Source: Lingula anatina (lineage: Eukaryota > Animalia > Brachiopoda). From it: DNA of 64,000 bases. Below are positions 30,191-45,510 of the stretch, piece after piece (position 1 is the first letter of the stretch; each line of letters opens with the position of its first letter). Both the position numbers and the translations under genes were made by a program. The notes under the pieces were generated by a model, which saw only the letters and a program-made list of their open reading frames with translations, was not told where the DNA came from and did no database searches. Location: contig CM120642.1 in the NCBI GenBank assembly GCA_051362555.1, forward strand, positions 29,202,001 through 29,266,000. The letters run 5' to 3'.

Positions 30191-33100
30191 GTAAGTGTCT
30201 TAAAAATCCTGAACAAGGGGCCAGTGAAATAGGATAAGTTTGTGTCACATGATAAAGGTCATGTAGATATATTTGAGCACATTATTTTTGATTAAAAGAA
30301 ATGATATAGGGGCCAAATTCTTAGTACCCAGTAGTATATCTTTTGTTTTAGGCTTATATAAAAATTGATGTTTTGGTATTAAATTGCAAAGAAATGTCAC
30401 CATAGATTCTATGTCATGTATTTTTAAAAATCCTAATTCAAGTGAGTTTCAATTAAGTACTTATTTTAATTTTATGCAAGAAACATTATGTATAGTGAAC
30501 ATGTCACTGTATAACATGGTTAAACCTAATCAGAGATTTATTGTACAGCATCCTTGAAAGTGAGTTATTTGTGCGTCAGACTTGTAGTCATTAAAGCCAG
30601 ACATACTTTGTTTAATGAACAGTTAATGTGGGATGGAAGTCTTCTTCTCTTCCTGTTTTTTTCTTTTTGTTCAGTTTGATTTTCTTTACCTGATTGGAAG
30701 CCATTGGTTATTGTGTAGGTAGGTTTAGAGGCAATTTACAATACTGAACTTTCTTTTACATTTTTTCTTACAAATGCTAATGGTGTCTGTCTGTTTTAAT
30801 TGTTTTTGGTGAGATAAAAATTATTAACTATCCTCATTGTATTTTCAAATTGAAAAAAAATATATTATCTCGCTTTCCAGTTTTATACAAAATACTCTTG
30901 TATGCTGTTATATTGAAATACACCTTGAAAAACCGTTTTTGGGTAAAGAGTTTAGATGGTATTTTTATAGAGGACTTTATCTACATCTGTTTTTGATATA
31001 TTTTTGAAGAAAAAAGTATATTTTGTGTTTAGGCACTTTTTCATAGACTGAAGATCTTAGAAAAAAGAGTTTTTTAAAAAATGATCTTAAATGTTTGAAA
31101 ATAATAATGGTTGATAAAGAACGCTTCCTCTTGTCTGAGACAAGTGAAATTGCATGGTTTCTCCATCTGTAAAAATATCCCTTAGTAGGAACTGCCAATT
31201 GTTGTGTAATCAATGAACTTATTGACTCCAAAACCGGTTCCCAATCTGTTTTCCATGCACAGAATCTCTGTGATAGGTAAGAACTTTGTATTGATCATCC
31301 ATCTTCCCTTAATGCAATACACCTTGTAGGTCTTCATGAGAATTGATTGTGTGAAAGGTGGTGACTATTGTCACAGATTATTGGCAAATGTCAATATGCC
31401 CGACACCTGTCATTTCATGCAAAACACTGAGCGCTGGAAGGTGATTCATTTACAGAGCTTAATGAAAGTCTGAAGCTGTGTTCACAGTTGGGCTAACTTG
31501 TATCGGCACTTGTGTTTACCAGATTGCTAAGTTATTTATGGAATATTGAAGGTACAGAAAATGCCTCTCGGATGCTCCACTGATTTTCCATTGCTGAACT
31601 GCCATTTTTCTTATAAAATTAAATGTGAAACATGAAAGACTCGTAGAATAAATCAGACCCTATAATGCTGATATATTTATGAAGTTCAATTTAATTTGTG
31701 TCTTCATAGAATTAGATTTTTTAAATTTAATTTTTCAAAAACAAGTTATGTGCAAGCAATGTTTGATAATAGATACTCAGTGCTTAAAGCTCTCAATACA
31801 TTGTGTTTTTATTAGTTAACAGGACCTTTGTGTCCTTTGAATAAATTGCTTTTTTTTTAATGATTAATTTTTTAATTTAGGCATTATATAATAATAGGTT
31901 AACTTATGATTACTTGTAACTTTTTTATATTGATTTAATAGACATTGAGAACAAAAATGTCATTGTCAACCTTTACCTTTGTTGTTGTTGTTGTTTGTTT
32001 TGTCAGCATTTCCTTTCACTGTCTTAGCCTAACCAATTGAAAACAATGTAATAAGAAGTTACAAAAAAAATTCAACATATCCAGCAGCATATAACGTAAG
32101 TGCATTAGCAGGATGATATAAAAAATAGCCTGTTTACCACTCATATTTTTTCTAATTTATTAGTTATCTGCCCTTGGGATGCCTGTTAGAAATTATCCAA
32201 TCATTGAAACCAAAAACAATCTCCAAGCAAATTTTTGATTCTATTCTGAAAAAAGAAGCAGATAGACATATTTGCCTGTGTCGTTAGGATGTATATCTTG
32301 TAGCTGCAGGCAGCAGAAAACTCATAACTTGGAGAGTTGTAATAGGAATGGCTTTCCAGAAAATCGTTCATCTGACCTTTCCTTTTGTGCGTGTCTAGGA
32401 GGAGATAGCTTTGTGTGTATTGTTTCAAGATAATGGGTAGGTAGGTATAGGTTGCATGTTACATACAGAGTGTGATGCCTATAGGGGAGGTGACGGGAGG
32501 AACGTGAAATGGTATTTATGACAGACAATTGCAAATTTGTTGTGCTTCTTAATGTATCTGAAGTCATAGGTTTTAAAGTATTTTTTTTTTGTTTGTTTGT
32601 GCAAGTTCATTCCATTACAAAGATTTGGTAATTTTTTTTTTTTTTTTGAAATAATACTGGAAATGGATATACATTATTAATTCAAAATGGATGCTTTTTT
32701 TTTCAAAATTGGAAAGCTTGGAAACTGTCTTGTTGTTTTAATACTTTAAGGATGTTTCTGGCACTGGCAAAACAGCAGACAGCAAGTTGTGTGGTGTAAA
32801 AGAAAGTGGAGAAAATGCACTGTGTATTGTCACTAAAAGAAGTTCTTTTGTGGAACGTAAATTAAGGTATAATGTCTAAAACAAAAGCTGTTGCTCATTA
32901 GCAGACGTAAACAAGAAGATGCATTTTTCTATCTAAAAAAATAGGTACAAAAATATGAACCTGATTTTCTCAAAATTAGGACAGGTGAGGCTCATTTAAA
33001 TGACTTTTAAATTTCCTATGGGCTGATAGTAGAATTCTATCTGCTGGGAATGCCCTCTTAGGATGCATTCACAATGCATTGAAATATCTTATAAGATAGT

Positions 33101-34360
33101 TGGAACTAATGCAGCAGGGAATCTTGCTGAATATATTCTAATTAAAAGATTAACATGCCTTCTGATATTAGAAACAAGAGGTGTGTTAATCTGTTAATCT
33201 GATTGTATTCTCGGAGAGTCCCTGCAGAATTACTTAGTACAATTGCTTTATTGTGAACACGCCCTTAGAAAACAATGCAAAAGTGTCAAAAGACTGCAAT
33301 GTGAAAAAAAAAGAAAACAAGTAAAAGTATTTGTGGATAAGTTCTGTCTGCTTTTAATCATTGCTGTGCCATACTTACTTACTTGGTATTATTTTTGATC
33401 CCACTTTTCTCCAAACCCCTCCTTGTTTTAACACTTTGGGGTATCTCACGATTACCAGTTCCTGAGGAAAAATCAATGGCTCTTCACTTTGTTTTATCAA
33501 TAGCAAATTGAAATTATTTGATCTCCGTCAACTTATTATTAGTATTACCCTGTTATCTTGCTAGACAAAATGTTTTATATCAATTTGTAAATTCTGAAAA
33601 ACTCCGACAGTACTGATATGTAGCTCTGTCATGTCATGTCCAGAAGAAAAGTATGGTACTTACTAGATCTTTCCAATGGGGGGATTTTACAGATATTTTA
33701 TTTTTTTAAGTCATAATTTCTTTAAATTAGAACTTTCCTACTGAGTGACAACTACAAATTAAAAAGGCTACTCTATAGTTCTACTTTATACAGTAAAAGC
33801 ATCACTTGTGCTATACAGAAATATAATTTTTGTGATAATAAGATAATGCATCTGAACACTTGATAATTTTTGCCCATTGAAAAGATTGAGTAATTACCCT
33901 AAGCCACACAAGGTATTATAGAAAGTTTTCACGTGTAACATCTTGTGCTGCAGCCTGGTCTGATTGACAGGCAGAAAGGGGACGAGTTGTTGCCAAATTG
34001 CATACAACCTTCTGGATAATAGTACTAAATTAGAATTCCTGATAAATATTTCATTTATGTTATGTTTTGATCTCTAAATATTTCAGTGTTAGTAAGCAGG
34101 CAAATAACAAAACAAGAAATGGTTGCAGAAATTGTCCTTCAGTTACAGATCCTAGCTTATCTGCTAATTTAAACTGTAGACAATGTCTAAATTGGAGAAA
34201 TTGGAAGTTCAAAACAGGTAACAAAGGTAATAGTGATGGTCTTCCTGGGTTGTTCCAACTAACTCAGTGGGGACATTTTCTGGATGCAATCTGATTAACA
34301 CTACTAGCATTGAGTAGAATACAGAAAAACGTTGAGTATATGAGTATGTTGGAAACTAGA

Positions 34361-34616
34361 ACTGGGTTCCCATCCCTAGATCGATCTAATGGGATTGGTC
34401 CATCTCCACAGGGTTTCTCGCTAAATTGCTTACAGTTTCAGTGGCTAAGATGTCTGCCGCACTTGCTAAAGCTGATTAACAGTAGTTAATTACCCCCTAT
34501 CAGCTTTAGTAGACATAACAGACATCTAAGCTGCTTAAGTTAATTGCAATTAATGTAGAATCCCCTTGGAGATAGTTCGATCCAAAGTAAGTGCAATAGT
34601 CTCTGGGAATGGTCAC
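34361..34616. mobile_element. MITE family B copy
   Basis: Same termini and TTACCCCCTA-CAGCTTTA core as the 25323 copy. Confidence 0.72.
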
Positions 34617-35400
34617 TAGTGGAGGCGTGTTTATCTGGTAATCTGCATTTAGCAGTCTCTGTGGCCTTGGCTTGAACCACCTATTACGTTAGTTTCGTCC
34701 TTAATGCACCCCTAATCATCAGCTGCTGAGTATAGCCAATTTGAATGGAAGTCACACAGGTGTAAATTGAATGAAAATATATTTAGAAAGATTGGATGCG
34801 TCAAAAGACTAATATGTAGGTTAGAATTGACATGCAATGTTCCTAGGGAGTCTGTATCATGCCTGTATCTTCCTTGCTGTTCAGCCTCCACAAGAGAGCC
34901 GGGCGTGGCTGTGCTAATTGATTAGGATGGATTCATAGTCTCTGTGCTTTTGTCAAGCTAAAAATCATGAAAAATCTTTTAGAAGATAAACCTTTAGTTC
35001 AAAGTTGTATGATATATTGTATAATCCTTGTACAGGTATTGTTAAGAGGACTTTGCTGATAATGCAGCAACACGAAATTTTCTGTAGATTTTCTGTGTGT
35101 CAGCATGTCAGTCAACACTGATGCCCTTTTGGAGAATTTTAAGCAACGTATTACACTTAAAATAAAAGGCCTTTATGATCATTTTTTGACCTATGCACAG
35201 GTTTCTTCATCTTGACTTACTGAACAATGGCACAGTGCTCGTAGGTGTGTATGATGTCAGCAGGTACAATGCTCCCCCTCCCTCTACACAAAAAAAAAAA
35301 AAAAAAAAATGCAAGGAAAAGCATACTATACAATTCTAAACACAACATGAAGCAAATGTAAGATAGGCTTAATTCACAAGAGATTTCTGTTGTAATTAAA

Positions 35401-35673
35401 GCCACTTTCAGAACAGATGAACCAAGGACTAACTGATCTGCTAACTAAATATGGCCAGTCCCACTTAAAAGCAAAGCCATCTAACCCCCTGATGGTCTCC
35501 ACGCCTCCACATGTGCCATCCCTACAGGGGCCTAGCAATTAAACTTTGAAGCCAAAATTTAATCTGTGTGGAGGCAGGGAGATCATGAGCATATAAGGCG
35601 GCTTTGCTTTTAGGTCAGCTGTATTTGGACCACAGACCAGTTGGTCCACAGATCATCTGTTCTGAATGCAGCC
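35401..35673. mobile_element. MITE family A copy (internally deleted)
   Basis: TTCAGAACAGATGA...TCATCTGTTCTGAA inverted arms; TAA next to both ends; interior aligns by eye to 24205-24335. Confidence 0.75.
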
Positions 35674-36444
35674 TAAGACATAAAGAATTCTGCTTCTGGT
35701 CTAAATTAATCTGGTTGTAAAATGTGCCAGAGGACAGTGAAGTATATTTCTGGTCTAAATTAGTCTTGTCATGTATTGGCTAGAAGATCATAGACTGCAA
35801 TAGTTTGATTTTTACCTCTGGGAACTAGTCATTTCGCTTGTAGCTTATTTTATCATGTTTTATCTTTATTTGATAAAGTTGTCTGCATCAATAGCATAAT
35901 CACTTTCCCCGACTTAAGATGTCTGTGCATGATCTCATCTTATTACTTTGAGTATTTCTGTTTTCAGACGTACACTTTGCCCAGTTCGATAATGTCAATC
36001 GCCAAATTAATTTACTGGCAGTTCATTTGTCTGAGGCACATGTACAGTGGAATTCTTCTATAAGTCCATTCCTCACTTAAAACACTAGAAAATTAATAGG
36101 GTATATAGTGTTGGAGCTGTGTGAAGGTAGAGATCTCCATAGAGATCACATTTTAGCTCTGATGATTGAGTGAGTGATGGTAAATCAATAGGCTGGTCTG
36201 GTGACATGGCTTAGATTGAAGCAGGATTAAGTCAAAGTGCGAATGTAAACCCACTTTATGTCTTTAATATGGACATCCATTGTCACGTTCTCATGTGAGA
36301 AAGTAATCAGTTTTCAGATGCTGTATATTAATGTATACGAGGTTTTCTTTTTTATTTGTAATTTGTCAGAGAGGATGTCATGATTAAGGAAATTGGGTTC
36401 AAGCTGATGTAAGAATACAATCCTACTTGTAAAAAACACATATG

Positions 36445-36446
36445 TG

Positions 36447-36492
<46 letters not shown>

Positions 36493-36502
36493 GAGAGAGA
36501 GA
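36445..36502. repeat. (CA)n(GA)n microsatellite
   Basis: Direct reading. Confidence 0.93.
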
Positions 36503-39500
36503 GCTGCCAGGCAATGGAGGTTCTAAATGGTGGTGGTGAAAAAATTCCTTTTTTAAACCAAAGGTGTGAAGTAAACTTATTGTTCCTGGTCAACTTGCTC
36601 AATTTTGTGAGATGCATTAATCTGAAATAAAGACAGGTTTGCTGGGACAGCTTCTGAACTTGGGGAGTAATGATTTAATTAAGATATAAAATAAAAATTA
36701 ATGCTGGATAATCGTTTTTGGGTAGGATAATATAATGATCCTGATGATTTAATGGCAAAGTGCATCGTTTAAAGTATTGTCCACAATATCGATCCTCTCA
36801 GGAGTTTATAGAATATTGTGTCAATATTGAAAGTGTTCTTGCTAATTGTCATCCATTTATTTTGAAGGATCTAATCCTTTGTATAATGAGTGATATGTGT
36901 GTTTTTGCATAGAATGCATTATTTACCTTGCTTGACATGGAAATACATTAGTTAGTTTTACGATCCATAAATACCAATGACATTTAGAGGAAGGGGATGT
37001 TTTGTAACTGTAGCTTTTTTTCTGTGCTCAGGAAACCTGCTGGTGCCATGGATGAGTACATTGTATCTGACATCCGCCTGATGACTTTTAGCCATGAATT
37101 GCATGCGCAGTTATATTTTTGTGTGACAAAGAATCTTTCTGTAATGGTTGTCAATAACTATAATCATTGTCATTTGACAAATTCTCCATGGATATTGTTA
37201 GATAATATTGGGATGAGGATTCTTTTAACAGTCATTTTCTTTCAGCCATTTGTTGAGACTGTCAGTTGCAGTGGGCAATGAATCAAAGGGCCTACAACGT
37301 GTCACTGACATGACCAGAGAGGTTTATTACTAGCTAAATGCTGGAATGTTTCTGTAAAATTAATATTTTTGTATCACAAATCTTGCATGTTAATGGAACA
37401 TTTCAGATTTACATCCATGAAATGTCACTTTGATTTGCTTGTTTTAAGGTGCTCTTTGCAAATTTTCTTTGGAAAAAGCAATTTTCTCTCACCTCATGAA
37501 TTACTGCTTGACTCATTTTTGCACTTGTTTTATTCCTTTTTTAATTCTGCAGTTTAGTTCTAATTTAAATGACTGGCCAATCAGAAATAAGAAATGAAGT
37601 TTTAAACCTTACATAACAACAAAAGGTCATCTATGCTTTTTGCAAAATGTTCACTTCATAACTCAACTCTTGAAAACTAAATTTTGTTAGTCTCAATTGT
37701 TGACTCAGCAGTTTTTCCTTTTCAGATTGTTGTCATGTTTAGAAAAATTTACAGTTTAGCTTCTGGAGAATGTCTGTTACTGCAATTTAATTGGACTTCA
37801 ATATTGATGCTACACCCCACCTTCAGTACCTACAATAATTACATTTCACTTTGCTATCATTATTGTACCTCATATTACTTTTGATTATTCTCTCCAGGGT
37901 GACTCCCAATTTTGCCACACAGAATAATTATTGAACGTAGCAAACATATGTTAATCTACAATTTCTATTTCCCTCAATTTCATTGTGTGTGCCATTGATA
38001 AATGCTGTTGCTGTAGACATTCTTCTGTCAGCAGTAACGGCAAGATATGCTATCTGAACCTAAAAATCTGTAAGGTTCTATAAGTCACCATCCTCAAGCA
38101 TAAAAGACAATGATACCAGGTGACTTTTCTCAGGCTATATATATATGAATTGGGTGCACAAAATAATTAATTTTATCATGCAGGAAATTGATGCATACTG
38201 TTAGATAATAACCACTGACAGTGAGATGAAATCAGCTGAGTTCGTTCACAATAAAGTCGTGCAATGCCAATATCACATAATATATTGATATTTTAAGCTC
38301 TATGTAATTTGAATGGATTCAGTTCCAATTTAGGGAAATAGCACATTAAGTTTGTTTTCCATGATGACACTTGCTGCTGAAGCTGCAAGACAAATTACAG
38401 AATGATGTACCAAGGAGTAGCTGGGAATCTCGCCGTGACAGTGAACAATGCTTTGAACTGGGGATGACACTAAAAACCTGAGATAACTCCAAATATAATG
38501 TAAAAAAGTTGTTGTGACCGTTGAAAAGGGCAACGGTTGATTAAGGTTTTTCCAATTGGTTTTATGCACCAGTGAAAACAACTGAACCTACGAGTTATAA
38601 ATGTTGCTAATATTGGGTGGTATCAAGCTTTTCCAAGGATGTTGATGTTTAGAAAACAAAATATTTTTCTTGATTATGAATTTTATGAAGGACGGAGATA
38701 TTTTTGTTTTAAAACATTTACTGCAGAAAAGTCTTCAGGAAAAAAAAAAGGCAGTGCCTATATTAGTTTACTCAACAAAAAAAGCCACCTGCTAGTGGTA
38801 TCTTTTTTTTTTTTTGCTTGAGAAAATTATTTAGAAGAGTATAAATGAGTGTCTGGCAACTGGAGGGAGATCTTGGTGTGAAACCAAGTATAAAAAATAT
38901 TTAGAAACATCTGCAATATTTCCTCCTCGAAGAAGGATCAATTTGTGGCTGGATTCTAGGTGCATTATGGGAGGGTAAGCAACCACACTGATAGCAGACC
39001 TTTGCTAGTGTAGTACATTTCGTGAACACGGGAAAGAATTCTGTGTACCCGTAAACAGCTAATCATCTTAATGGACTGAGAAGATGAAAAGATTATTAAT
39101 AATGCTTGATGAGATATATGTAGTCTTTTCTTTTAATGTGCACTTTATTGTGTATATTGTGGTTCACAGGCACTTGTATAGACCCGTCTTCATTTATATA
39201 CACAGGCACTGTTCCTGCATATTTACTGAGATGCATTGTTTGGTTGAAAAAAGGATCCTTTTGAAAATCACTAATGAGCAGTTTTTTAAGTCATGCACTT
39301 TAATTGGTTTTTTTTCATTTCCTTCATGAATTTTGGAAATGTTTTCTCCATTTATTTATACAGTATTTTCTCTTACTTCAAATTTGCTGATTCACACTTT
39401 GTATGTTTTAAAATGTGGCAGATTCCTTTTAAAATCAGCAAGATCAGATTAACCAAACCATATATTTGTTTTACTTAATATTTGCTGAATAACTGTGTAA

Positions 39501-39630
39501 AAAAAGGCTATTTTTGTGAAAATCAACATTATTGGATTTATTTTACTCTTTTATTTAAAATATTATTGTATTTTTTTTTTCTGTTAGATGTCTATATATT
39601 TTCCAGCTTTTTTAGGCAATCTTGTTATCA

Positions 39631-39845
39631 GAATACCTGGTAAGCAAGTTTTGTTTTGTTTCAAACATGCAAACTTGTTTGTCTCAATGATTTGATCAGT
39701 TGTGCATGATCATCTGTTTGGTGTCTGTATGTTTGCCAGCTTTGCTGTCTAGTTTCCTTATTTAGGCAGTTCATTAAAATACCTGGTAAACAAGTTTGTT
39801 TTGTTTGAAACATGCAAACTTGTTTGTCTCAATGAATTGATCGGT
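39631..39845. repeat. Direct duplication of ~70 bp (AATACCTGGTAA...CATGCAAACTTGTTTGTCTCAATGA)
   Basis: Copies at ~39632 and ~39778. Confidence 0.85.
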
Positions 39846-40176
39846 ATTCGGATGTATTTGTTTTTAAGATAATCAGCCATGAGGCCTGTCTCATGCAGCC
39901 TCATTTTGGCTATCATATTAAAGTGACAGCTTAATGGAAAGAAATAGAAATGGGAAATCTACCATGTGTTATCAAAAATTTACTGGTGCTCATCACTTTT
40001 TCGATCATCAGCAATTCTGGAAATGAAAAAAAATGTTCTGATTAGATTATCTGACAGTTAGAGTGTAGTTTATTTTTAATTTCCCAGTGAAGAATGATAA
40101 ATAATGCATTTTTACTTGTACAGGACTACTCTATTATTTAGACCATATCAAATAATTCTAGGCTAAAATGCCCCTA

Positions 40177-40226
40177 GTGGCCTTATGTCCCACACGGGAC
40201 GAAGAGGAATGATGATGATGATGATG
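40177..40226 (+). mobile_element. 50-bp 5'-truncated non-LTR retroelement 3' tip with (ATG)n tail
   Basis: Perfect 12-bp TSD AAAATGCCCCTA (40165-40176 and 40227-40238); GGCCTTATGTCCCAC..GAAGAGGA plus trinucleotide tail resembles RTE-type 3' ends. Confidence 0.75.
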
Positions 40227-41182
40227 AAAATGCCCCTAAATTTTAAAAGCATTGACAGATCTGTCATGCATAATAATAAAGATGAGCTTTTCCCGCAGCA
40301 ACGTGGAATTCTGCATTTTAAAATTCATTTCAAAGGCTTTCATGTAGTACTTAGGTATAATGGTAAAAGTGGCATTATTTGAATAAATATTCCATAGTGA
40401 CAGGTAGTTTTTATGTAGTTTTTAGTCACAGCAATTAAATCTTTTAAGACCATGTGCTTGTTTCAAGTGAAGAATTCATTGTTCATAAATTTGATTTGAA
40501 ATATGATACATTGGTGTGAGATGTTTGTCATGTTAGAACTGCGTGTGCTGCCATCTTTCTTTCTCTAGTAGATCTGATTGGTTCAATTTGCTTCGGACAC
40601 TTCTTTCTCATTGGTGGGTCCTTCAAATGCTTGATATTTGAAATTTTCAGTTGAGTTCTTGCAGCAGTGCAGCTCACACGCAAACATTAGTGCCCCGGCA
40701 AACGACTTAAGTAGCATCAGCCAGTGTCTTTTAGCATAAATATTTTGCATTGCCCACCCACAGCATGGCAGTTATTAGGTTTATTGCTCTCAAGGGAGGT
40801 CTTTTAAACTAAATATTTTTCTATAATATTGCTCGTAAGGGGTAGAGTCTTTCAACTACATATTTGCATTATAAAGGTATATACTGGATTTATTAAGATG
40901 TCAAGTGCAAATGATGTACAGTATTTATAGCTGTATGTGCCATGTATTTAATACTTCATGTGGCAAGTTTATTAATGCACAGAAAGGACTGAAGTAAGCA
41001 TGCACCACCTTCAGTACATCACAGCAATATTGCATACTGTTCTTGTTTTCAAGAAAGTTCAATACGATGCAGGATTTTGTCAAATTCAACCATACTCAGG
41101 TAATGACTTGTGTCAATTTTTAGGGACTCCAAGGTGTATTAAGATGTATTGAACCTTGCTTTTTGATTTATTTTTGATTTTT

Positions 41183-41214
<32 letters not shown>

Positions 41215-42972
41215 TTTAATTGTTCTATTCTCCCCTCTGGAAAACCGTACAGAGCTCCAGAATCTTTGTCAAGGAAGTGTGGTATAAACATTATTGGCAG
41301 TCAGAGAAAATGAATTGTCCTCTTTGCAAAAACACCTTTTTTCATAGCTTTATTTTACGTGTATTACAACATTGCTGCTTCGATATCTGAAAAAAAAATG
41401 CTTTTATTTTTGCTTCAAATTTGCTGTCATCATTTGGCAAACTCAAAATTCAAATTCAAAATTGGTAACTTTCCAGCTTATTTATTTTAAAGTACATGTA
41501 TACTGAGTTTTTTTAATCCTACAATTTACTGCATTTACCATGTATTTCATCTGGTAATTGGGAGATTGCTTTACCTTCAGACTTGACATTGTCAAAATTT
41601 ACACTGTACCAGTAGGAGTTCTTTACAGACAGGCTCATACAGTATTTACATTTCTATCTGAGACCTTCCTCGTATTGTGAATCCAACCTTGTAACAAGCT
41701 TTAACAGAACACTGATGCACCGTTTTATCAACATATTTCTTGGTTGTTATCTAAACACTTTCGATGGAGAAAAAAAAATTAGTTCACTGTGTAGTTCAAT
41801 ATTTTACTATGGTCTCCCCATACCTTGTAAGTTATCAGTATAGGCAGTATTAGTACAAATTACAGGTGGCATTAGCTCTCTAGGTTTTCATTTCAGGTTT
41901 CTCCATGCCTTGTAAGTTTTCTCTAAAAGCAATATAAAGTCACAGAGTATACAGTTGTACCATAGGGGTAGACAATTAAGTGCCTAGACTAGGCAGTATA
42001 AAAAAGAGGTTTGGACAAATGACTTCCAGTGGCTTTTTGTGGGCGTGTTTTAAGTGGCATAAGTCAAAATTTTCTGATGTGATAAGCTAGCTCAACCTAT
42101 TTCACCATATTCATTTGGTAATATTTATGCTACTTTTGCATGAGACACTGTGTCAGGAACCACTAATACCTATCACAGCTAGACAGCATGTAGGGTTTTA
42201 GAAATGTTGTCATTATGGTCAGCGTGATCTAAACATAAAAACTGCAGATAGAGGTCATGACATTCTGATGGATTGGTTTTGCGTGCTACAGGTATGTAAC
42301 GCATGTGTTTCTCTAGTTTATACATCAGTCTATATTGTGTAGGTGGCCTACAGCTTAATTAGTTGTCCTTCCTGTAGCATTTAGCGTTCAACATATCAGA
42401 AATATGCAAATGATAGGACCAGGGATATTTTAAAAATTTGTCCAATTGTTTAAATAATGATTGTTGAATAGTGACGGCAGTGATAGATGCTCTGCTTATG
42501 ATTGACAGATGTGAACAAGATACCAGTATGACTTTCAAAGATAAAAAATTAATAATTGATAATTCCCACTCTGTGAAATGTGCCTTCATGTTATTTCTGA
42601 TAAACCTGCTGTGATCAATTATAACAGTAACAAGGCATTTGGGAAAAAGTGCACTTTTTTCCTAGATCATTTGCTGATACTCTAGCTACTTCTTAATTGA
42701 TGATAGGCACTGAAAAAACATATATATGAAGAATATTGTTAATTAAGACATTTTGCATAACCAGAGTGTCAAACTGCATGGTAGGGTTTCCAAGAAAGAA
42801 ATAATTAAGGAACCAATGTTGTATGCTGTGGTGAAATTGGTTAACCACAAGGTAGTACCAAATCAGAAATGACATTCATACTAAAATTTCCTCTTGTTTG
42901 TTCTGAGTTGATTTGACAATGATTCAATCGTCATCTCTCTATCAGGCGTTTCATTTGGTCACAGGTCAAAAA

Positions 42973-43003
<31 letters not shown>

Positions 43004-45382
43004 TAAAAATAATAATAGAATAGATGTGCACATGGAACAATCAGTCTGTTTTGTGTGAGTTGTGTCATAATTTGTCTTTACAAACTCCTTAAAGAATTGC
43101 TCTCTCTGAACACCCCCAACTGCAGCACCTATATGATTGTATAATGAAATCACTGTTGAATGATTAGTTCATGTGGCAGCTGATACCAGTCTTATAAGTT
43201 TATTCGATTATGTTAAAATGTGTGGATTTTTAAAAATAAATCAATGAAACAGCATGCATTATCTGATCTTGTTTTTGCCAAATTTATTTTTAGAATATAT
43301 ATTGTAAACAAAACCAGAGCCCACCTGGCTATTATACTTTTTCAAATGGCTGACTTTAATTACTATTTCAGGGACAAAGATGATAACACTTAATTTCATT
43401 TAAAATGATTGCAGTGCTGGTAGAATTATTATTTGACTTCTGCAAAGAATATAACTTACTTAAAAGCAATAATTATGTTTTTGAGTGATGAGGGCACTCA
43501 GGCAGTAACTATACATTTGTTGCCATGTAGATAACATTTTCTTGGTTTCATATTAATATATCTCCATTAAATGAATACTTTATACTGGTATGATGGTTAG
43601 GCAAGTATTCTATATTAGAAATTATCCTAGACTGCCTAAAATGAGGTGTCTGGCACAACATGACATCATATGATTAATGAAATTAGAAAATGTGTGCGAA
43701 TCTGGGAGGTCGGGTTAACAGCAATAAGGCGTCTGATCAGGGTACAACTCTGTGCCAGGGATGTTATCTCAGAAAGCAATACAAAGGTTACACGCATTAA
43801 AACACTGCTTTTGTGCAATATACTGTAATTTGACAGATCTTAAGAAAAAACGTCCAGAAAAAAATCATTAAATGTGGTTATTACTTGTTCTTTTTAAGGG
43901 GTAAAATGATCAAATTATCAGATGCATAATTTTATAGTCACAAAATAATATTTCTAAAATAAAATTTCTAAAATTTAAAAAATACAGTATCTGTAAAATT
44001 TACAAATTTCACCCATTGAAAAGATTGCCAATGAGTAATTACCATAAATTCTGTCTTTTTTTTTCTTTCTTTTTTTTTTTCTTTGCTGTGCCATTATTGC
44101 TAGTCTGCATTATTTCTGATGCCACTCTCCTCTAAATCCCATGGAATCTTGCTTTTCATGTTAGTCAAAACACTTTCGGCTATTTTGGATGAATGCCATT
44201 AGAGTGGTAGACATGGTATTTAAGAAAGATGCACCCAGCAGGTTATGCCTAAATACATAACCACATGAGGAGTGATGATTTTCAAAGTGGTTACCAATAG
44301 AGGTATTTTGTTCTTTTCTTAAGACTTCTTCTGTCCCTGCGTTTCTCTTGACAAAGTTGGAATGATTTCATCATGTAATACCAGTCCTATATTTCTTTTA
44401 AGCTCTGTCCATCAGACTTAATTGTCATTGAAGGTTGGAGAAGGAGGTTATGGCCTCTCTTTTGCCATATATAATAATGTAATGTTAATCCCAAACACCA
44501 AAGCCTACAGAAGCATGTTATTGATGTATTCATCATTTATGATGCAGAATTAAAAGATGTCTTTTACTGTATTATTTTTATAAAATGTTTTCCTGGCAGC
44601 CAATTTGGAATTATGGTAATTTGCCTCCTCCCATCCTCTCCGTTCTGGCAGATGATTCTGCTACAAGTGAATGCTCTTCAGTGCTGCCCTTGTCAAATTT
44701 GCTTCTTCTGTCAATAATCTCTATGGAGTTTTGTGACAGCCAAAACTTCAAGGTTTTTTTATTCCGCTGAGAGACCATGCAGTGATATTTATTATGCTTT
44801 CTCTGGTTGCAGCTGATCTGTACCTATTTCCTTCTCAATTTTTTATTTTTGATTCAACTTTTTCTTATTTTTACTTTAATTATATTAATAGGCACTGTCA
44901 TGCATTAATCATTGCTTGGTTATGCATCCTGACAGATCAGTTACAGATAATATTTCAATGCCTTTCTTTATCTACCACTCAAAATGTAATACAACACAAA
45001 CATTGTGAAGTGTTCTGAAAGGAAAGATTATATGGTATGATTGATTGCTGTGTAGAAGACTTTAATGTGAGTTTTCATCGACCATTTTCACATAAGTCTC
45101 TGAGTTTTTGCGCAGCTTTAAATTTTTTCTCTCTCTAATAAAACAAGTGGTAAATGAAAAAAAAATCACATAGAAGCCTGCATGAATTGAAATCCTCTCT
45201 GGCCTTTTTGAATGTTTGATGGTAAATAATTTTGTGAAGTTAAATTTCCCAGCCTATATTCTCCTTCGTGAGTCTAGAATTCTCTGATACCAATGAAGTT
45301 GCATCGGTTGGCCTCATTGGCCAGCAGGTAGATGGTATGATGTGAAAAGTGTCAGCACACTTGTCTTCACACCCAAGACCAA

Positions 45383-45510
45383 GGGGCCATTCAGAATGAG
45401 AAGACCCGAGTGCTAGCTGGCCCATGGCCTTAGTATAGCAGACCCACATGAAAGGAAGACCGCTTAATTCTGGAATGGTCTCTCCGCCTCTTACACAGCT
45501 CCCCACGCGT
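45383..45510. mobile_element. MITE family A terminal fragment
   Basis: Colinear reverse complement of ~24397-24524. Confidence 0.78.

Noticed and set aside
45305-45380. tRNA/SINE-like head GGCCTCATTGGCCAGCAGGTA
   Set aside because: No B-box or cloverleaf could be built
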